A stretch of 64,000 bases of DNA. Origin: Candidatus Poribacteria bacterium (GTDB taxonomy: Bacteria > Poribacteria > WGA-4E > PCPOR2b). The stretch is from the NCBI GenBank assembly GCA_965116925.1, contig OZ220744.1, positions 1,344,001-1,408,000 on the forward strand. The letters run 5' to 3'. Both the position numbers and the translations under genes were made by a program. Of this stretch, positions 12,512-22,540 are shown in pieces (the first letter of the stretch is position 1; each line of letters begins with the position of its first letter). Below the pieces are notes generated by a model, which saw nothing but the letters and a program-made list of their open reading frames with translations, did no database searches and was not told the origin of the DNA.

Positions 12512-13930
12512 ATGAAAATGCACATCGGCGGCGAATGGGTTGACAAGCCGCAGAAAATTGAAGTTTTGAACCCTTATGATGGTTCTGTTGTTGACACCAT
12601 TCCCAGAGGGGATCACGATGATGTCGAAACCGCGCTCAAGACCGCAGAACGCGGTGCCGAGATTATGGCGAAAATGACCGGTTACGAGCGTTATGAGATT
12701 ATTCACAAGGTTTCGGAGATGATGGCAGAGCGTACTGAGGAACTCGCTCGAATCATCACGTTGGAGGAAGGCAAGATCCTTGCGGAGGCAACGATGGAAG
12801 CGGGGCGTGCAGCCGAGATTATCGCGCTTTCTGCGGAGGAAGCCAAGCGGCTTTACGGTGAGGTCATCCCGCTTGAAGGGGCCCCTGGTGCTAAAGGAAA
12901 ATTAGGCTTTACGGTACGAGTTCCTTGTGGCATTGTCGTTGGGATTAGCCCGTTTAACTTCCCGCTGCACCTCGTTTGTCACAAAGTGGGGCCCGCACTC
13001 GCGGCAGGAAACGCGATTATTGTTAAACCCGCTACAGATACACCGCTATCGGCACTGAAGCTCGTTGAGCTCTTCCTTGAGGCGGGAACGCCGCCGGAAG
13101 CGATCCAATGCTTGACCGGATCGGGCAGCGTGATTGGTGATGGCCTTTGTGCCGATCGGCGCGTCCGGAAAATTACCTTCACCGGCAGCCGTGATATTGG
13201 GGAGCGTATCTGCCATACCGCTGGGCTCAAGCGTGTAACGATGGAACTCGGCTCGAACTCCCCACTAATCGTCATGCCAGACGCAGATCCAGAAAAGGTC
13301 GCAGCCGCTGCGGCAGCTTCTGGCTACTCTAACGCGGGGCAGGTCTGTATCTCAACACAAAGGGTCATTGCCCACGAGGGTATCTACGGTGATTTTCTCG
13401 ATGCTTTCAAATCAACCGTTGAAGGTATCTCGACAGGTGATCCGCTCAATGAACCGACCAAGATGGGACCGATGATTCGCGAAGACGATGCCATCCGTGT
13501 TAGCGAGTGGGTTGATGAAGCGGTCAGTGATGGTGCTGAACTCCTCACCGGTGGCGAAAGAAATGGGCAGATCTACGCCCCAACGCTTGTCGCCAACGTC
13601 AAGCCGGAGATGAAAATCTCATGCGATGAAATCTTTGGTCCTGTCGTCGGTGTGACGAAGGTTTCAAACATTGACGATGCCATTGCCCTCGCCAACGACA
13701 CCAACTACGGATTGAGCGCAGCAATCTTCACCGAAAACATCGATTGGGCGATGCGATTCGTGCGTGAAGTTGACTCCGGCAACCTAATGGTGAACTGGGG
13801 AACGCAGTGGCGAGCAGACCTCATGCCCTATGGTGGTGTGAAGGAGAGCGGCATGGGCAAAGAGGGGCCAAAGTACGCTGTGCAGGAGATGACCGAGACG
13901 AAGATGGCGATTTTCCATCTAAGTGAGTAA
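12512..13930 (+). CDS. Aldehyde dehydrogenase family protein
   Basis: PFNFP, FTGS, MELGSNSP, GQVCIS (catalytic Cys), EIFGP. Confidence 0.95.
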   Translation: MKMHIGGEWVDKPQKIEVLNPYDGSVVDTIPRGDHDDVETALKTAERGAEIMAKMTGYERYEIIHKVSEMMAERTEELARIITLEEGKILAEATMEAGRAAEIIALSAEEAKRLYGEVIPLEGAPGAKGKLGFTVRVPCGIVVGISPFNFPLHLVCHKVGPALAAGNAIIVKPATDTPLSALKLVELFLEAGTPPEAIQCLTGSGSVIGDGLCADRRVRKITFTGSRDIGERICHTAGLKRVTMELGSNSPLIVMPDADPEKVAAAAAASGYSNAGQVCISTQRVIAHEGIYGDFLDAFKSTVEGISTGDPLNEPTKMGPMIREDDAIRVSEWVDEAVSDGAELLTGGERNGQIYAPTLVANVKPEMKISCDEIFGPVVGVTKVSNIDDAIALANDTNYGLSAAIFTENIDWAMRFVREVDSGNLMVNWGTQWRADLMPYGGVKESGMGKEGPKYAVQEMTETKMAIFHLSE

Positions 13931-14203
13931 GTCGTGAAACGCGTCATACTTCTTCTGATGTATTAGCACAGTGCGGCAGGAATGTGTCGAAAGGCAACCC
14001 CGCCGTTAACTGCAATAACCTTGTCTGCAAATCCGATTTACTAACCGTATTTGCCGATTAACAACTGAAGACTTGCATTTTTATCTTCTTTCTTGGTCGG
14101 TGCTCTGCTTTATAAGCGTTCACCGACCTCCCCCATTAAACCAGCGTTTGCTCCCCGCATTTTTCTTCGTTCCTTCACAAGAACTCAGATAAGATTCCTC
14201 GGA

Positions 14204-16762
14204 ATGAATAGTCCCCTTGACAATCTTCGCCAAACAATCGAAACCATTCTACGCTGCAACCTTTCTGAAGCAATCGGCATTTCAGATAAAGCGGAAGCTG
14301 AGGAACGAGTCCGGCAATTCCTTCACGCTGTCTCAGATCGAATCGGCAACCAATCCAATCTGGTTTACAAGAATTCAGAGCAGCTTTCCCGCCAGATCGA
14401 TCCACAGTGGGTTATCCTCGCAGCCGGCAAAGGAACCCGCATTGATCCTTCTAGCCGTCTGAACAAAAACTTAGACCTGTGGTTCGGTGAGCATAATACC
14501 CTGCAACTGTCCCGAAGCTACCTGCCGGGGAGCCGCCCGCATATCATCGTCATCAACTCCCAAATGGCGAAGCGCGTGGTGAAAACAGATGTTCCTTCAA
14601 GTGGTGTCCTCCCCACCTCTGTACTCAATCCAGATGAAACAGATCGACTGTTCGGGCCAAACGTCGTGCTGTGTGTACAACCGGAGCATCCTTACGGCAC
14701 AGGTGCCGCGCTACAAGTTGCGTTGTCAGCGATCACCGAATCCGATGCAGAATGTATCGGTGTTGCCTTCGGCGATGAGCCATTCCTAAATCAAGCCATT
14801 TTCGTGGGTACATTGCTGTCACACTTTACCGTTGGTGCAGATGTTACCCTTTGCGGTAAAATTCCAGAAACCGTGATCGACAAAGGAGGATTGTTCTTCG
14901 ACAGCGCGGAAAAATTCAGCGGCACAAAAGAGTGGTACGACATGACCAACGCGGAAAAAGAAGCGATGTGGCATCGGTTGGAGAGCGGAGAAGCTTACAC
15001 TAACACCGGCATCACCCTAATCCACCGCGATGCAGTGGTCAACCGGATAAATCGATTGGAATCCCACGGAGACAATTCTGAACTCCATCATGTTGATCTT
15101 ATCCGCCACTGCTACGAAGATGGTTTGAAAACCAACGCCTACATCCATCGGGACGAAATTATCTCTGGCATTAACCGTTGGTCAAACGTCCTCGCCGGTG
15201 AAGAATACCTGTTTGCAGAGACCAAGAAGAAACTGGTACAGAAAGGAGTTCGAGTCGATCCGGCGGCACAAATCACGCTAGCGAATGACGATATCGAAAT
15301 TGGTCACGGCTGCTACTTTCTGGGACGTATTCATCTTGGCGATGGGGTACAGATTGGGAACTACTGTCGGCTCGAAAATGTTGCGTTGAGAGGAAATACC
15401 ACCGTTGGCGACCGCGTTGGCTTAAAAGACGTGACTGCAATGGACACGGTCTTTGAGTCAAACTCACTTTTGACCGAAATCGCCGCACCGATTACTGGCT
15501 TGGCTGTCGGCAGTTATATCGAAGAAAGCCAATTCGACTGTGTAAAAGTTGGAGGTTCGACGAACCTCAAGTCCGTTGCTGCGCGGGCAATAATGATTCC
15601 AGCAGAAACTTCCATAAGGGATACGCAGCTAGGCGTCCCCGCTAGATCTGCCCATCATGCAACACACGACATACAATCTGTTTCAAGCCAAATCTCTCAG
15701 ACCGTCCTTGATCGGCTGGCTTTACCCGACTATAAAGCCGGCGTATTCACTTTCGGCGAAAAGCGTGGTTTGCCAGACTGGGAAAACCTCCGCCAGCATG
15801 TGAGTTCGCATTCGGAACGTGAACTGATTGAACGTGCTACCCACAATCCAACATTGCGTCAAGCAGCAATAAACGCTATTAGAGAATTACTAGAGTTACG
15901 CCGATCTGACGATATACATGCTATTGATGATTTAACGCCCGAGGAACTTTGGGGGAGCATCTTCCAGATTGTTAGGCTCTGCACAGGGAACCCCGATCCA
16001 TATCGTAGAGACAAACTCAATGCTAGGCAAACAGCAATTAACCTACTCAGCCAATTTTTAGATTGCGATTGGCTGGATCGGTTGAAGCTGGTCATCGCTG
16101 CCAATATCATTGATTACAGCAGTTCAAGGGTTGTGGCGAAACTTCGGGATAATTCAGATTATTTCAATCTTGTATTCAGAGAGGCGGTTCATGCCTCCCT
16201 GGCAATTGATTGCTTTGACCAATTTCGGTCGGCAGTTATCGAAGGTGAACCGAAAAGGCTTCTCTGGCTTATTGATAACGATGGTGAGTCGGTCTTTGAT
16301 CTATGGCTTATAGAAGTGCTCGCCGAGCGTAATCATCAGATTACGGTTGTTGGCAAATCGGAACCTGCAACTAATGATGCAACACTCGATGATCTACAGG
16401 AACTCGCTACGCAGCCACATTTCCAAAAACTTAGAGAGCGGATGGCAGTTGGCGATGTGCGTTTAATCTCATCAGGCTCAAACACCGTTGGGACCAATCT
16501 CTACCAAGGGACAGGAGAATTTGCGAATGCACTCCTTGATGCGGATCTCGTGGTTTCAAAGGGACAGGGAAATCTCTTTACGACGTTGGGATTAAAAAAG
16601 GATACATTCTACCTGCTGCTTTCCAAAGGGGTGACGGCGGAACGTTTGACCGGGGTTGTTCCCAATCAGAATCGGGTGATTGATGGATTGATTTTGGCGT
16701 ATGTGCCGGGCGGCACGCGGCTGGATCGGACGCTCAAAGAATTTTGTACGATAGATGACTAA
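14204..16762 (+). CDS. Fusion protein: GlmU-like nucleotidyltransferase + short left-handed beta-helix + DUF89/ARMT1-like phosphatase
   Basis: ILAAGKGTR, GTGAAL, GDEP, NTGI; hexapeptide repeats IEIGHGC and VQIGNYC; C-terminal DPY..K, NIID, DNDGE, NDAT, KGQGN. Confidence 0.8.
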   Translation: MNSPLDNLRQTIETILRCNLSEAIGISDKAEAEERVRQFLHAVSDRIGNQSNLVYKNSEQLSRQIDPQWVILAAGKGTRIDPSSRLNKNLDLWFGEHNTLQLSRSYLPGSRPHIIVINSQMAKRVVKTDVPSSGVLPTSVLNPDETDRLFGPNVVLCVQPEHPYGTGAALQVALSAITESDAECIGVAFGDEPFLNQAIFVGTLLSHFTVGADVTLCGKIPETVIDKGGLFFDSAEKFSGTKEWYDMTNAEKEAMWHRLESGEAYTNTGITLIHRDAVVNRINRLESHGDNSELHHVDLIRHCYEDGLKTNAYIHRDEIISGINRWSNVLAGEEYLFAETKKKLVQKGVRVDPAAQITLANDDIEIGHGCYFLGRIHLGDGVQIGNYCRLENVALRGNTTVGDRVGLKDVTAMDTVFESNSLLTEIAAPITGLAVGSYIEESQFDCVKVGGSTNLKSVAARAIMIPAETSIRDTQLGVPARSAHHATHDIQSVSSQISQTVLDRLALPDYKAGVFTFGEKRGLPDWENLRQHVSSHSERELIERATHNPTLRQAAINAIRELLELRRSDDIHAIDDLTPEELWGSIFQIVRLCTGNPDPYRRDKLNARQTAINLLSQFLDCDWLDRLKLVIAANIIDYSSSRVVAKLRDNSDYFNLVFREAVHASLAIDCFDQFRSAVIEGEPKRLLWLIDNDGESVFDLWLIEVLAERNHQITVVGKSEPATNDATLDDLQELATQPHFQKLRERMAVGDVRLISSGSNTVGTNLYQGTGEFANALLDADLVVSKGQGNLFTTLGLKKDTFYLLLSKGVTAERLTGVVPNQNRVIDGLILAYVPGGTRLDRTLKEFCTIDD

Positions 16763-16847
16763 GCCCGTAGGTTGGGTTGAACGGTTAAGGGCAAATTTCT
16801 ATCAAGTACACAGAGAGGCTTGGTCGTTCAACAACACCTGTTTTTGA

Positions 16848-16875
16848 TTGACAACATCATATTTTTGTTTATAAT
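16848..16875 (+). promoter_or_regulatory. Sigma70-type promoter of acs
   Basis: TTGACA-16nt-TATAAT about 70 nt before the ATG. Confidence 0.6.
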
Positions 16876-16946
16876 AAAGGCAATCTGCAAACATCTTAAA
16901 ACTTCTGCCAGCACATTGGCTTGTTATCAACTCCTAGGAGGGCGCT

Positions 16947-18890
16947 ATGGCAACTAAAATATTTCCACCAGAAAACACAAATTATCCAATCTCCAATGCG
17001 CATATAAGCAGCATGGAGCAATATCAAGAGATCTATGATGAATCAGTGGCGGATCCAGAGGGTTTCTGGGAGAATGTCGCTGAACGAATTACGTGGTATC
17101 AGAAGTGGGACACCGTCCGAGAGTATGACTTTGTGAACGCCAACATCAAATGGTTCGATGGCGGAAAGCTGAACGCTTGCTATAATTGTCTCGATCGACA
17201 TGTAGAAGCAGGGCACGGCGATGCGACCGCAATCATCTGGGAAGGCAACAGTCCCGATGAGGATAAAACCTTTACTTACAGCGAGTTGTTGGTGCAGGTC
17301 AAACGCTTTGCTAACGTTCTCAAAGCGCAAGGTGTCCGTAAGGGCGACCGTGTCTGTATCTATCTCCAGATGGTGCCAGAACTGACAATTGCCATGTTAG
17401 CATGTGCGCGTATTGGTGCTGTCCATTCCGTTGTATTCGGTGCATTTTCAGCTGATTCTCTGCGAGATCGTATCAATGACTCCCAGTGCAAGTTGTTGAT
17501 TACTCAGGACACCGCATTTCGTGGAGACCGCAGCGGCATCCCGATGAAAGCAAACGGCGATGCAGCGGTGGTGGAATGCCCCTCGATTACAGGGGTTATC
17601 GTTGTCCGTCGCACCGGCGATCCTGTCGATTTTGATGAATCACGCGATGTATGGTGGCACGAAGCGATGGCAACCGCCGACGATGAATGCCCGCCTGAAG
17701 AGATGGACGCCGAAGATCCGCTGTTTATTTTGTATACCTCTGGTTCAACAGGGCAGCCAAAAGGTGTACTTCACACAACCGGCGGTTATCTCGTTTATAC
17801 ATCGTTCACCCACGAGATGGTCTTCGACTATCACGAAGGGGACGTTTACTTCTGTGCGGCTGACATCGGTTGGATCACAGGACATTCTTACATTGTGTAC
17901 GGGCCCCTTTCAAACCGAGCGATTACCCTCATGTTTGAAAGTATCCCAACATATCCTGATTTCGGGCGTTACTGGCAGGTGATCGACAAACACCAAGTCA
18001 ATCTCTTCTACACTGCGCCAACCGCCTTGCGCGCCTTGATGAAAGAGGGAAATGACTGGGTTACGCAACATAGCCGGTCCACCTTGAGACTACTTGGAAC
18101 TGTCGGTGAACCGATTAAAGAACCTGAATGGCTTTGGTATTACAACGTTGTCGGAGATGGCAGATGTCCAATTGTCGATACATGGTGGCAGACAGAGACT
18201 GGCGGCATCTTGATGACGCCGTTGCCGGGAGCGACACCACTTAAACCCGGTTCCGCGACCTTGCCCTTCTTCGGAATTGAACCTATCATTCTAGATGAAG
18301 AAGGAAAAGAGGTTGAGGGGAATCCGGCACGCGGTTACCTGTGTATGAAAACTGCGTGGCCCGGCGTGATGCGCACCGTTTACGGGAACCATGAACGCTT
18401 CCGCGAAACCTATTTCGATCGATTCCCCGGCTACTACATGACCGGCGATGGTACATTGCGCGACGAAGATGGCTATTACTGGATCACCGGGCGTGTTGAC
18501 GATGTGTTGAATATCTCCGGACACCGCTTGGGTACCGCCGAAGTCGAAGGGGCCATCGGGCAGCACGAAACGGTCGCTGAAGCAGCCGTTGTCGGCTACC
18601 CACACGAGATCAAGGGACAGGGCATCTACGCGTATGTTACGCTGATGAGCGGTGTATCTCCTTCAGATGACATCGAGACGGGCATCAAGGGCGTGGTACG
18701 CCAGCATATCGGTCCCCATGCGACACCCGACAAGATTCAGTTTGCACCTGCACTCCCCAAAACCCGCTCCGGCAAAATTATGCGGCGCATCCTTCGGAAA
18801 ATCGCTGAAGGCGAAATTGATGATCTCGGAGATACCTCAACGCTTGCCGAGCCAGCGGTTGTCGATTCGCTCGTCGAAGGGCGGAAGTAG
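16947..18890 (+). CDS. acs: Acetyl-CoA synthetase
   Basis: [40 protein letters not shown]. Confidence 0.97.
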   Translation: MATKIFPPENTNYPISNAHISSMEQYQEIYDESVADPEGFWENVAERITWYQKWDTVREYDFVNANIKWFDGGKLNACYNCLDRHVEAGHGDATAIIWEGNSPDEDKTFTYSELLVQVKRFANVLKAQGVRKGDRVCIYLQMVPELTIAMLACARIGAVHSVVFGAFSADSLRDRINDSQCKLLITQDTAFRGDRSGIPMKANGDAAVVECPSITGVIVVRRTGDPVDFDESRDVWWHEAMATADDECPPEEMDAEDPLFILYTSGSTGQPKGVLHTTGGYLVYTSFTHEMVFDYHEGDVYFCAADIGWITGHSYIVYGPLSNRAITLMFESIPTYPDFGRYWQVIDKHQVNLFYTAPTALRALMKEGNDWVTQHSRSTLRLLGTVGEPIKEPEWLWYYNVVGDGRCPIVDTWWQTETGGILMTPLPGATPLKPGSATLPFFGIEPIILDEEGKEVEGNPARGYLCMKTAWPGVMRTVYGNHERFRETYFDRFPGYYMTGDGTLRDEDGYYWITGRVDDVLNISGHRLGTAEVEGAIGQHETVAEAAVVGYPHEIKGQGIYAYVTLMSGVSPSDDIETGIKGVVRQHIGPHATPDKIQFAPALPKTRSGKIMRRILRKIAEGEIDDLGDTSTLAEPAVVDSLVEGRK

Positions 18891-18906
18891 CAAGAAGAGT
18901 TATTGA

Positions 18907-19422
18907 TTGATTGAGGAGGAACACAATTTGGCATCCGCACAGAAGATTGTAGACGAGTTAAAAAAATGGAACATAAGCCATGCGATCGGCTTACCCGATA
19001 ACGGAACAGCGCAAATTTTCAAACGACTCCACGAAGACCCCGAAGTTGATGTCATCACCGTCAGTCGTGAAGGCGAAGCATTTGCCATTGCATCGGGACT
19101 CTACGTTGGCGGAAAACAGCCCGTGATCATCATCCAGAATACCGGCTTTCTGGAGTCTGGAGATGCTATCCGCGGCACAGTCTTTAATATGGAAATCCCC
19201 GTGGTCTCGCTGATTGGCTATCGTGGCTATCATACAATGCAACCCGATGCGTCCCGCTTAGACACCGCTGCCACCTTCCTTGAACCGACGCTCAAGGCGT
19301 GGGGATTGTCATATAACACCATTGAAACCGATGATGACATCCCCTATATTAGTGAGGCGTTTAAAAAGGCTCAAGAGACATCAATGCCAACGGTTGTACT
19401 CCTTGTTGGTATCTCCACGTAA
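18907..19422 (+). CDS. TPP-enzyme alpha subunit (sulfopyruvate/phosphonopyruvate decarboxylase ComD-like)
   Basis: GLPD, VSREGEAFAIASG, IQNTGF, IGYRG; start may be TTG near 18928; no beta subunit adjacent. Confidence 0.8.
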   Translation: MIEEEHNLASAQKIVDELKKWNISHAIGLPDNGTAQIFKRLHEDPEVDVITVSREGEAFAIASGLYVGGKQPVIIIQNTGFLESGDAIRGTVFNMEIPVVSLIGYRGYHTMQPDASRLDTAATFLEPTLKAWGLSYNTIETDDDIPYISEAFKKAQETSMPTVVLLVGIST

Positions 19423-19732
19423 AGATTGAGATTCGCTTGCTTGTGTTATCTCACGAATGGGCATGTGTCGGATAAATAAAGAACTCGCTATGATTATCCG
19501 GTGAGTTAGGTATTGACACATCGTTATTACCCCCTCAACCTCCGTATATCCTAGGTCCTAGTGTGTCATTTTTGCAACGGTGGTGTAGCGCAGCTCCAAC
19601 AATCTCCTAGTGAGTAGAGGCAGCCTCCGAAACTATAGCGCATGTCGAAAGCAGATACGAGGTTACCTTCAGAAAGCGTTTTCCAAAAAAATCTGTCCTC
19701 GCACCATTTCTTCAGGTACTGCAAAATAGCGC

Positions 19733-19748
19733 TGGCATCTTAATTGCT
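19733..19748 (+). promoter_or_regulatory. Sigma54 (-24/-12) promoter
   Basis: TGGCATCTTAATTGCT with exact GG-N10-GC spacing. Confidence 0.65.
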
Positions 19749-19907
19749 CAGAATCAATATGCCAAGCGAATCTCGCTTGGTGATGATTCCTACTAGATTT
19801 TATCTAGCTCTATTGATGTCTCAACAAAAACTCGCCGCACAAATTTCATGCTTTGCTTTCTGAAGCTGAAAGATAGGGGAGAATATCCAAAAGGATGCAA
19901 CTTTATC

Positions 19908-21161
19908 ATGAAAATTGAACGTCCATGCTCATATTGTCTGTCCGCACTAGCAGATAAATGTCTCGCTACTACGATTGTTCTGTGTCTGCTGATTCTGCTT
20001 GTGCCCAACAGCTTCGCCGTGCCAAAGCGAGTTGTTGTTCTATACTTTGAAGATCACAGTCGCTTCGATCATCCAACAGGCTGCGGTTGTATTCCCACAG
20101 GTCCCTTTAGCCCGCTTTTTGGTGGACGCAAGCACCATAAAAGATGGCATCTGAAAGAAGGATTTACGGAATTACTAAACAGAAAACTTGCACAATCAGA
20201 GGTATACGAACCGGTCAGCCAAGATGAAATGCTGGATGCAATGGCGGAGTTAGGATTATCTAGGAGGGCGCTGTCTGACCCGGAAAAACGGGCACAGTTG
20301 GCAAAAGCACTCAAGGTCCAAGCACTCATCATCGGCGATATACGGAAGTTCAACCAAGAGCGCGTAAAAGCAAACGCTGGACGCCTGATAAGACAAGGTG
20401 GGGCGGGATATTACGGTACAGCCAGTTATATTGGTGGTGTACAATTAAAGGGGAGTCTTTACATCGCTTCTATCCACCTTGAGATGCGATTCTTCGGTAC
20501 ATCAGGCACCGAAATTGACAACCCGAAAATCGCAGGCCGAAAACAACACCAGCTTGGCGGATTGAACATTGGCCCCCTTGACACGGTCGTGACCGAACAG
20601 GGCACAGAATTGCAATTCGGACAGTCACCGGGGCTTAAAAGGAAACCTCGCCCAATCGTCGCGCCTTCTGAGTTGAATAAGATTGAATTTGGGAGTGAGC
20701 AGTACGATAAGACCCTGTTTGGTATGGCAACGGACGAGGCCTTGCATAAGGTTGTATTAGAGTTGCGTCAGAACATTGGGCCCGCATTGCCCGGTGCTGA
20801 AACAACGGTAGGGGATAAAGTGAGTAAACCCGTCCAGCCTTCTTCTCAGGCGAGGGTGATACAAGGATCAATCGTTTACGTTGATTCAAAGGACCCTGAG
20901 AATACCTATATCAACGTCGGTTCTGACAAAGGGGTTGTGCCCAATCAGGAATTAAGGGTTTACACGGCTGAGTCACTGATTGATCCAGATACAGGTGAGG
21001 TGCTTGGAGTTATTCCAAAAACGGTGGGGGTTATAAAGGTTGTTGAAGTTCAGACCGATCGACTTTCCAGAGTGGAGATTATTGAGGGATTCGGTACAAT
21101 AAAGAAAGGAGATCGGGTTAAACAGGAAAACCCGAAGCCACAGGATTCGGAGCCTGAGTAG
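19908..21161 (+). CDS. Exported CsgG/TolB-N-like protein with a C-terminal FlgT-like beta-barrel
   Basis: Signal peptide; VVVLYFED, ALIIGDI; C-terminal YINVGSDKGV, LIDPDTGEVLG, IKKGDRV. Confidence 0.6.
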   Translation: MKIERPCSYCLSALADKCLATTIVLCLLILLVPNSFAVPKRVVVLYFEDHSRFDHPTGCGCIPTGPFSPLFGGRKHHKRWHLKEGFTELLNRKLAQSEVYEPVSQDEMLDAMAELGLSRRALSDPEKRAQLAKALKVQALIIGDIRKFNQERVKANAGRLIRQGGAGYYGTASYIGGVQLKGSLYIASIHLEMRFFGTSGTEIDNPKIAGRKQHQLGGLNIGPLDTVVTEQGTELQFGQSPGLKRKPRPIVAPSELNKIEFGSEQYDKTLFGMATDEALHKVVLELRQNIGPALPGAETTVGDKVSKPVQPSSQARVIQGSIVYVDSKDPENTYINVGSDKGVVPNQELRVYTAESLIDPDTGEVLGVIPKTVGVIKVVEVQTDRLSRVEIIEGFGTIKKGDRVKQENPKPQDSEPE

Positions 21162-21187
21162 TGAACCCACGCTGCACAATGGAGTTA

Positions 21188-21868
21188 TCAATCCCTCCGG
21201 ACGCGATAATGCAGAAAAATCTCATTACCCACAGTGCGGTGGTCCATTAGTTCAACGTTAACAATATCGAGGAAGTTAAACCCATCTCCCTCAACACTTG
21301 TTGTCACATCTCGTCCGCCGATGATTTTTGGACATAAAGTGAGATATACCTCGTCGATTAAACCCGCCCGAAATAGGTCGAAGTTGACCTGTCCACCACC
21401 TTCAACGAGCAACTGCTTGACTTGATACACCTTTTCCAAAATTTGAACTACACGGTGAAAGTTGACTGTAGTTTCACCGACGCAGTGGACCTCCGCAATC
21501 TGTTGCAACAGTGCGAGCCGGGTGGAAGGAATGCCTTCCGTGGTAAAGACCAATGCGGGGGCACCGTTAGGTTGGAACATTCGAGCAGTTTCAGGCACAC
21601 GCCCGCTACCACTCACAACGGCTTTGATTGGGTTGGGTGCTAGACCGCGTTGGAGACGTAGCTCTTTGTACTTGCTATGTTCGGTAAATGTGGGATCATC
21701 GGCGATGATTGTCCCCGCCCCAACAAGAATCGCATCGGCATGGCTGCGAACCTCCCTAAGCCGAATCCCATCCGCCTCGCTAGCGAATCGAGGACCTGCA
21801 CCATCACGGGTAGAGATCTTTCCGTCGAGACTCACCGCCATGATAAGAGAGGTGTGTGGCTTCATCAC
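21188..21868 (-). CDS. RibD C-terminal/dihydrofolate-reductase-like protein
   Basis: SLDGKI, DAILVGAGT..DDP, LLVEGGG, LIDE. Confidence 0.88.
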   Translation of the reverse strand: MMKPHTSLIMAVSLDGKISTRDGAGPRFASEADGIRLREVRSHADAILVGAGTIIADDPTFTEHSKYKELRLQRGLAPNPIKAVVSGSGRVPETARMFQPNGAPALVFTTEGIPSTRLALLQQIAEVHCVGETTVNFHRVVQILEKVYQVKQLLVEGGGQVNFDLFRAGLIDEVYLTLCPKIIGGRDVTTSVEGDGFNFLDIVNVELMDHRTVGNEIFLHYRVRRD

Positions 21869-22521
21869 CTACTACCCTCTTGAGCTTTTACTGAAATTTC
21901 CTCGAACGAGTCGCGCCAGCTGGGCGTCAGTGCGGGAAGGCTTGCCGCTTTCTCGGCGGCTTCCGTATTCGTGGTGTCAAAATGGCGCAGGTGGACAATC
22001 TCTTTTACCGTCATCTGTCCCCCTCCAACTTTTGTCCGCTCGATTGGGTCACCGGCACCCACATCCCCTTCTTCCAACACACGCACGTAGAATCCCACCC
22101 GTTCGCTCTCCAAAAATGGTTTGACAATCTGTGGGTTTCCCATCTTGATGCCGAGTTTGAAGCAAGGAACACGGGGTTGGGACACCTCGACCAGTGCTTC
22201 ACCTATCTGAAAAACGTCCCCGATATGAACTGTGTCCTCTAACATGCCTTCCACGGTTAAGTTTTCACCAAACTTTCCATAGGTCAAATCATCTCTGCCA
22301 AGTTCGCGTTTCCAATAGTCGTAATGCTCGGCTGGATAAACGTAGACCGCTTTGTGGATGCCGCCGTGTACACGCAGATCACCCTGCCCATCGCCATCAA
22401 GGTTCAAGTGCCGCATCATCGTCCGGCCGGATACCGGCTCTTTGAAAATCCCCGTTTTGATGCGCTTACTGTTGTGTAACACTTCCTTGGGTTGTGAAAC
22501 ATTGACTGAAAGTAGTTTCAT
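21865..22521 (-). CDS. MOSC domain protein with 3-alpha tail (YiiM-like)
   Basis: GDGQGD..HGG..KAVY, FGENLT, QPRVPCFKL, GFYVRVL. Confidence 0.9.
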   Translation of the reverse strand: MKLLSVNVSQPKEVLHNSKRIKTGIFKEPVSGRTMMRHLNLDGDGQGDLRVHGGIHKAVYVYPAEHYDYWKRELGRDDLTYGKFGENLTVEGMLEDTVHIGDVFQIGEALVEVSQPRVPCFKLGIKMGNPQIVKPFLESERVGFYVRVLEEGDVGAGDPIERTKVGGGQMTVKEIVHLRHFDTTNTEAAEKAASLPALTPSWRDSFEEISVKAQEGSR

Positions 22522-22540
22522 CGTTTAGTCTCCTGTATAA

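Noticed and set aside
14093..14203. N-terminal extension of the 889-aa ORF
   Set aside because: TTG start without an RBS, running through a hairpin; ATG 14204 is more plausible
19577..19650. tRNA-like start GGTGGTGTAGCGCAGCT
   Set aside because: No D-loop GG, anticodon arm, TTCGA T-loop or acceptor-stem complement
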